Positions 58,529 through 64,000 of a DNA stretch of 64,000 nt are shown here, in pieces (within the stretch, counting starts at the first letter, position 1; every line of letters starts with the position of its first letter). The stretch covers positions 558,001 to 622,000 of the forward strand of contig NW_003314356.1 of the NCBI RefSeq assembly GCF_000143415.4. The letters are read 5' to 3'. The translations under genes were made by a program, and so were the position numbers. The notes under the pieces were generated by a model. The model ran no database searches. It was not told where the DNA came from and worked only from the letters and a program-made list of their open reading frames with translations. Source of the stretch: Selaginella moellendorffii. Lineage: Eukaryota; Plantae; Lycopodiophyta.

Positions 58529-61500
58529 ATGATGGGACGGGGTGCCGAGGGTGGTGTTTCCAGCAGCTTGTCTCATAGGAGCGATCAAACTGGGCCAAAG
58601 TTATCGCAGGGTCGGGGCATGGATATTTACTCACAGGCAGTCAAAGCTCTAGCGGTGAAGTCACCTTTTGCTGGTGACGAAGCTGGAAATGCTGGCGGTG
58701 CTGGAGCTGGTTTCAGTGGTCCGCTGGTAAAGCTTCCAAACGCCGGTGATCCAAAGCGGAAGAATCGAGCTCGGAAGACGCAGGCCGTGAGTAAGAAGCG
58801 AGAGTTTGGTGATCTCGACGATGGGAATCCTCGGATGTTCTGGGTCCAGATGGAGGATTACTTCCGAGAGGTGATTGCCGAGGATGTGAAGCTGCTCTTC
58901 CCTCGGACGAGCTTCGGGGTTATAGATTCGTCGCTAGCACAGGACTCTTGCTTCAACGTCCGGCCTCGCGGACGTAGGTACTTGGATATATGGGCCGAGG
59001 AGGATAGGAAGTTTAAGGTCGAGGGGAGCTCCGAGGAGAATAAGTCGGCTAGAGGTATCAAGCGCAAGCTTCTTACTGCCAGCCCCGTGAGCAAGAGAAG
59101 AAAGGCAGCTCTCGTGACTCCGGACACCATAACGACGGTCATCTCGCCGGTTGATATCGAGGAGGAGGATCAGTGCCATGTTTGCAGCAGCGGGGACAGT
59201 GACGCATGGAATCAGATTATTTTCTGCGAGTCGTGCAACGTCGCCGTCCACCAGGAATGCTATGGTGTTCAAAGCATTCCCGACGGCCAGTGGCTGTGCT
59301 CGTGGTGTGCCTATCGTCAGAGAGGTGGTGGTGCTGTGGAAGCTGATGACCAAGGCACTTTCAGCTGTGTTCTTTGCCCTTGCAAACGAGGTGCACTGAA
59401 GCCAGTAGCTGTGGAGGCCGACTCTTCTTCCAAGCAGACACGCTTTGCGCATCTCTTTTGCACGCAGTGGGTGCCCGAGACTTTCCTTCAGGACACGGTG
59501 GCCATGGAGCCGGTGAAAAATGTGGAAGGGGTTAGGGAGGAAAGGTGGCGGCTGGTTTGCATTGTGTGCAAGGAAAGGCACGGTGCCTGCATTCAGTGTA
59601 GCCACGGTAAGCGACATACGTTCTTCTCTCTCGTCGTCATTGAGTGTTATTTTGTGTTTCCAACAGGTTTGTGTGCAACGGCATTTCACCCTCTGTGTGC
59701 AAGGGATGCAAAGCTCTTGATGGAAGTTTCAAGTCGAGAAGATACCGACGAGGTAAGATTGCAATTTCTTGTTCTTTTATTTCTATTAACATGCGATGTA
59801 TAAGCAGGTCGATTTACGTGCCTATTGTCCCAAGCACTCGGCGATTCGAGTTGCAAAGCCAGTAGAGCCAGTAGCCTTGAAGGAAGGGTCTTCAGATGAC
59901 AAAATTGTAAATGCTGTTGTCACTGGAAATACAGGAAAAGCTGGACAGAATAATCAAGCAGTTGACGCTGTTTTGAAAGGCAATGCTAGTGTAGAAGCTA
60001 CCCAATCGCCAAGTAACGAAAGAAGTCCATCCAATCAGCCAGTTCAAGAGGAGCTGATTGCCAACGTAAAAAAGGTATGTTTCCATTTTTTTTTCTTTTA
60101 GATGTGACCATCAGTAATGCCTCGAGCAGGTGACACAAACTATCGGTATTTCGATGGAAACCGTTGCCTCCGAAGTTGACGTTCCCCAGTCCACGCTGCT
60201 ACTGTGGCTAGAGGTATTACACTAGCTTTCACGAACACATTTCTTACGTGGTTTTATTGGCTTAGGGGAAGCTACATGAAGACGAAAGTAAAATAAACAC
60301 CAGTATTTCTGCGTGGCTGTGCACTTATTCTTCACTTCTAAAGTGCAGTGTAAGTGGGAGTGACAGCGGACAATCTGTTTCCAAACTGAAGAGAAATGGC
60401 TACAGCGATGAATTAAGTCCGAGTCACGGCAACTCCCCTGAAAATACAGCAACGTTTTCAACTGGTCCTGTGAAAATAAACTGCCAGCTACTTCAAGTTG
60501 AGGAAGACTTTGGTTCGTTCGGCGACGAAGCGGTAAGATCGTTTAGTTCCATTTGAATTTGATGAATGATCTTTCTATACGTCAATGCAGGACGACAGAC
60601 CATCTGTGGCTGAAAGTTTGCAAGGAGACGAGATCCAAAAGCCAATGATGACAGTTATGCAAAACCAGAGTCGGCTCTTTGACAATGAGGTGTCAAATGG
60701 GATTTTTGACAGTGATAGCCCTGGGTTGGAAGCTTCTAGTCCGCAAGATCATGAAGACTCAATCGAGTGAGTGTTTGGAGCTTCTGTATAGTAATTTATA
60801 CTGATATTGTTGCTTCTCCAGCGCCGGGGGAACGGATCAGCAATTGTACGTAATTCCTGGGGTCATGAAAAGGCTGTTGCACATGGAACCGAACTTATCA
60901 AATTCCCAGACACTAGACTGCTCATTTTCTGGTCAGGAGGAACTTGAGTGCAGTACCTCGGACAGAAATAGTCTGGATGAGCAGTGGCAGCAGTTGCGTA
61001 AAGCCAAGCATCTCGGTGTACTGGATTGGTGTCCACAGGACGAGGTGGAAGCAGAAATATTCCTTCTGCAAAACCAGCTGATCGATCGAGCACAATCAAA
61101 TCGTGTCATGTCAGGTATGTCACATTGAGCATAAGCTGAAATTTTCTCAACGCTTCTTTCTCTTGTTCTTTTACAGAGCGGTTGATTTCTAGAATACTGT
61201 GCCAGCTATCCAAGGAGCGGCAAGCTGCGAGAAAACAACTGCAAGATCTGCTTTTTGTCAGTCAGTTTCTAGCTGATGTCAAGGAAGCTCGAAAACAAGG
61301 CAGGAAAGAGAAAAAAGATAGAGAAGCTCAGGCCGTATTGGCTGCTGCTACTGCTGCTGCTGCTGCATCGCCGAGGACAGGATATGTGAAACGGGATCTC
61401 GCGACGCACGATGACCCGTACTATCCTACTCAAGACGCGACGGCAGAGTATAAGCTCAACCATGGCAACCCGCATTCTCCCTATGTGCGTCCGTTCAAGC

Positions 61501-63274
61501 CGCCTGTACCGAAGCCACCGAGGCTCAACGTTTCGTCGTCCTTTAGAGTGCAACCCGCTTTCTACAGGCATGAGGACCAGTACGCGTGCGACGTGTGCAG
61601 TAGCAACGAATCTCTACGGCTGAATAGGATCGTCCACTGCCACCGGTGCAACGTAAGCGTTTTCTCTTTTTGTTTTTCTCTGCAAACATATGTGGCAACT
61701 ATGGTGTGTGTGCAGGTTGCAGTCCATCAAGATTGCTATGGTATTCACCCTTTTCCTACAGCTCCTTGGTATTGTCAGCCTTGTACCGAGCTCCAGTACC
61801 AGCCAGTGAAGCTAATGGAAGATGGCGATCGGATAGCACCGGGTGTTCAATGCGCTCTATGTCCTATTGCGTATGGTGCATTCAAGAAATCATCGGATGG
61901 ACGTTGGGTGCATGTTTTTTGCGCTCTGGTAATGTCTCAACTTTCGTCTTCTGAGCATCGCTGTAATTGTGTTCCTTTCAGTGGGTGCCGAAGACAACTT
62001 TCGGACGAGAGCAATCGTGTCCAATTGGAGGACTGGTGAGTTTAATCTTCACTTTCCGGCTTTAGAGGGATCTAAAGCAGAATGTTTTTCAGGAGGCGGT
62101 CCCGAGTGAGCGGCTTAACTTAACGTGCACCATCTGCCAGCAACAACAAGGAGCATGTATCAAGGTTTGGAGTCTTTTTAACTCGAATTTCGTTACGGAC
62201 CTTTATGTTTTTTTACTCCCAGTGCAACTTCGGTCACTGCTCCGGTGCTTTCCATCCTATGTGTGCACGAGACTCTGGGCTTTATATCAGTGCGCGAAAT
62301 ATCAATGGCAGAGCTCATTACCGAGCATTTTGTGAGCGTCACAGTCCTCAACAGAGAGCAAAGGTTTGCTTAGTCCACCTTTTTCAAACATATTTCACGC
62401 GCACTAATTGGTCAAAACTCTGTTCAGTCAGCTGATTTCGTCTCTCAGGCGGAGCTGAAGCAGTATGGTTCTCCGGACGAGATAAATGCACTGCGGCAGA
62501 TTCGGGTATAAAAGCTTCTCCTGTTCTTCTCTCCCTTTTGCTGAAGGTGTTTCATAGGTTGAGTTTGAGCGTGTTCGGCTTATTTGCGAGCGCATCTGCA
62601 AGAGAGAGCGGATCAAGGTAGACCACTTCCACGGTTGTTTCTTTTGATGCATTCTAAGCCTCGTGTTCTTTCCAGCGGGAGCTGACACATTGTATTAAAG
62701 ATTTGTACATTAATCAGCTTGTAGCTGTCGTGGGAGGGCACTCGGTGGATCAAGCTGTGAATCATCAAAAACCAGGTGAAGGAAACGGGCCACTGTACAG
62801 CGATAGCCTTTTGGACGTGCCTTGGACTGCCGAGTCGAGGCTGACGGAACCTATCTGGCCGGCCGGAAGAAATAACAACACCAAAGAGTTGACATGGTCG
62901 ACGACGAAAGCAGACGCAAACACTGGAATCCGGGATCAGAAGAAGCTCAGAAGATTCAACCGGGTAGCGTCTCTGTCTTGTCCTCTTTTGTGGTTCGTGA
63001 CTGATTCTCACCTTTGATTGTGCAGCACTCGGAGCCTTTGGGTCGAGAGAAGATAATGACCCCCACTGAGGCCTCGATGCACAACAGGCTTTTGCCGAAA
63101 GGATTCGCTTACGTTCCCGTGGATGTGCTCGAGAAAGGGGTGATGAAGCGGCAACAGGAACAAGCTACAGTGCAACCGCAGCAGCAGGAAAGCGATCAAC
63201 AGCAGCAAAATCATCAACACCAAGATCATGGTCAAGACGAGCATAAATTGGAAGGAAGAAAGAGTGAGAGTTGA
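58529..63274 (+). CDS. PHD-finger chromatin protein with two PHD-ePHD (PZP) modules, BRPF/JADE-like
   Basis: Module 1: CHVC...IIFCESCNVAVHQECYG...WLCSWC, CVLCP, AHLFC, FHPLCA. Module 2: CDVC...VHQDCYG...WYCQPC...FHPMCA...FCERH. C-terminal MTPTEASMHNRLLPKGFAYVP and a Q-rich tail. Confidence 0.9.
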
Positions 63275-63501
63275 GAGAGCGGATGACTAATTTTCCAAGG
63301 CTTAGTTTATCTGCTCTAGTGAGGAAAGGGACCAAGTTTGTGTACATTCGTTCTCCCCAAAGAGAAAGGCAAAAAAAAAAAAAAAGAACTTGTAAGATGG
63401 TCCCTCCGCGTTTAAATTTGAATTTGGCGCTCTGGTTTTAGGGTTTATGGAAGAATGGCGATATTTCTCATCTTTCTCATCGTCACTGGCTTGATCTCCC
63501 A

Positions 63502-64000
63502 ATGCGGCGAGGATGGAGCGATTCACACAAGCGATGGGATCGATCTGGATCGCTATTGCGCCGCTGGCGATGCTTCTTGCAGGAATCCGGCGCCAAGGCG
63601 TGGTCTTCTCTTGGGTATTTCCAGATTTTTCAGTGTTTCGTCACGGATTTCGCCTCATCGTGATTCAGGCGCGTGCCGCTGCTGCCGCCATGGAGATTGG
63701 AGGGCGGATTATGGCACATCGGAGCGACAACAGCCGCAATGTTCCGGGATTTGGCAGCGAATGAGTCGTTTGAGGATCCAACGGAGCTTGCTTTACAGTT
63801 CTTGGCAAGATTGGACGAAGGAACGCTCTCCACGATCGGTCTGGGTACGCTATGCGCTTCAGTTCTTCGTCATATGCCAGTGTATTGGAGAAATGCCCGC
63901 GCTTGGACATCGAAGCCAGATGGTAAGGAACTCTTTCTTTTCTTTACTCCAGATTTTCATGAAAGAACCAGGGTCCGGGACTGTAACATTTGCGGAAGTT
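63502..64000 (+). CDS. 5' part of an unidentified spliced gene (truncated by the window edge)
   Basis: MRRGWSDSHKRW...SSLG|RVPLLPPWRLEGG...WTSKPD|DFHERTRVRDCNIC with ~50-nt GT-AG introns keeping frame. A telo-box lies upstream. Confidence 0.45.

Noticed and set aside
1-64000. CRISPR arrays, rRNA genes, intact LTR or TIR transposons
   Set aside because: No regularly spaced repeats, rRNA signatures, transposase, RT or integrase motifs, or terminal repeats were seen.

Overview
Gene-dense eukaryotic nuclear DNA from a non-seed land plant. Introns are about 50 nt, intergenic gaps are often under 200 bp, and DNA-PKcs sits among ordinary plant genes, which fits a Selaginella-type lycophyte (inference). 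The window holds about 24 protein genes. From 1 to 41.5 kb these are ELP5, fibrillin 7, a small plastid-type protein, a GT14 glucuronosyltransferase, the Pol III C31 subunit, plastocyanin, two RNase T2 paralogs, OXLD1, a DnaJ protein, DXS, an unannotated 4-exon gene, KAS II, a 13-kb DNA-PKcs, TM9SF, eIF6, MPV17/SYM1, UBP23 and HDHD3, with a germin pseudogene near the start. From 48.4 kb come PCC1, MLO, an intronless atypical kinase, an ABCB transporter, a UBTD-like protein, a double-PZP PHD protein and a partial gene at the right edge. The stretch 41.5-46.0 kb is a duplicated, internally inverted and decayed copy of the PCC1-MLO-kinase-ABCB block, in which only the kinase stays intact and its changes are mostly synonymous. 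Other highlights are a 56-nt U12 AT-AC intron and a SOG1-type motif at DNA-PKcs, operon-like co-oriented runs with 37-160 bp gaps (possible polycistronic transcripts), a P1BS-bearing RNase T2 with a GC-AG intron next to a catalytically altered paralog, and an AUG-stop minimal uORF. Exon structures were inferred by eye and no database searches were run.
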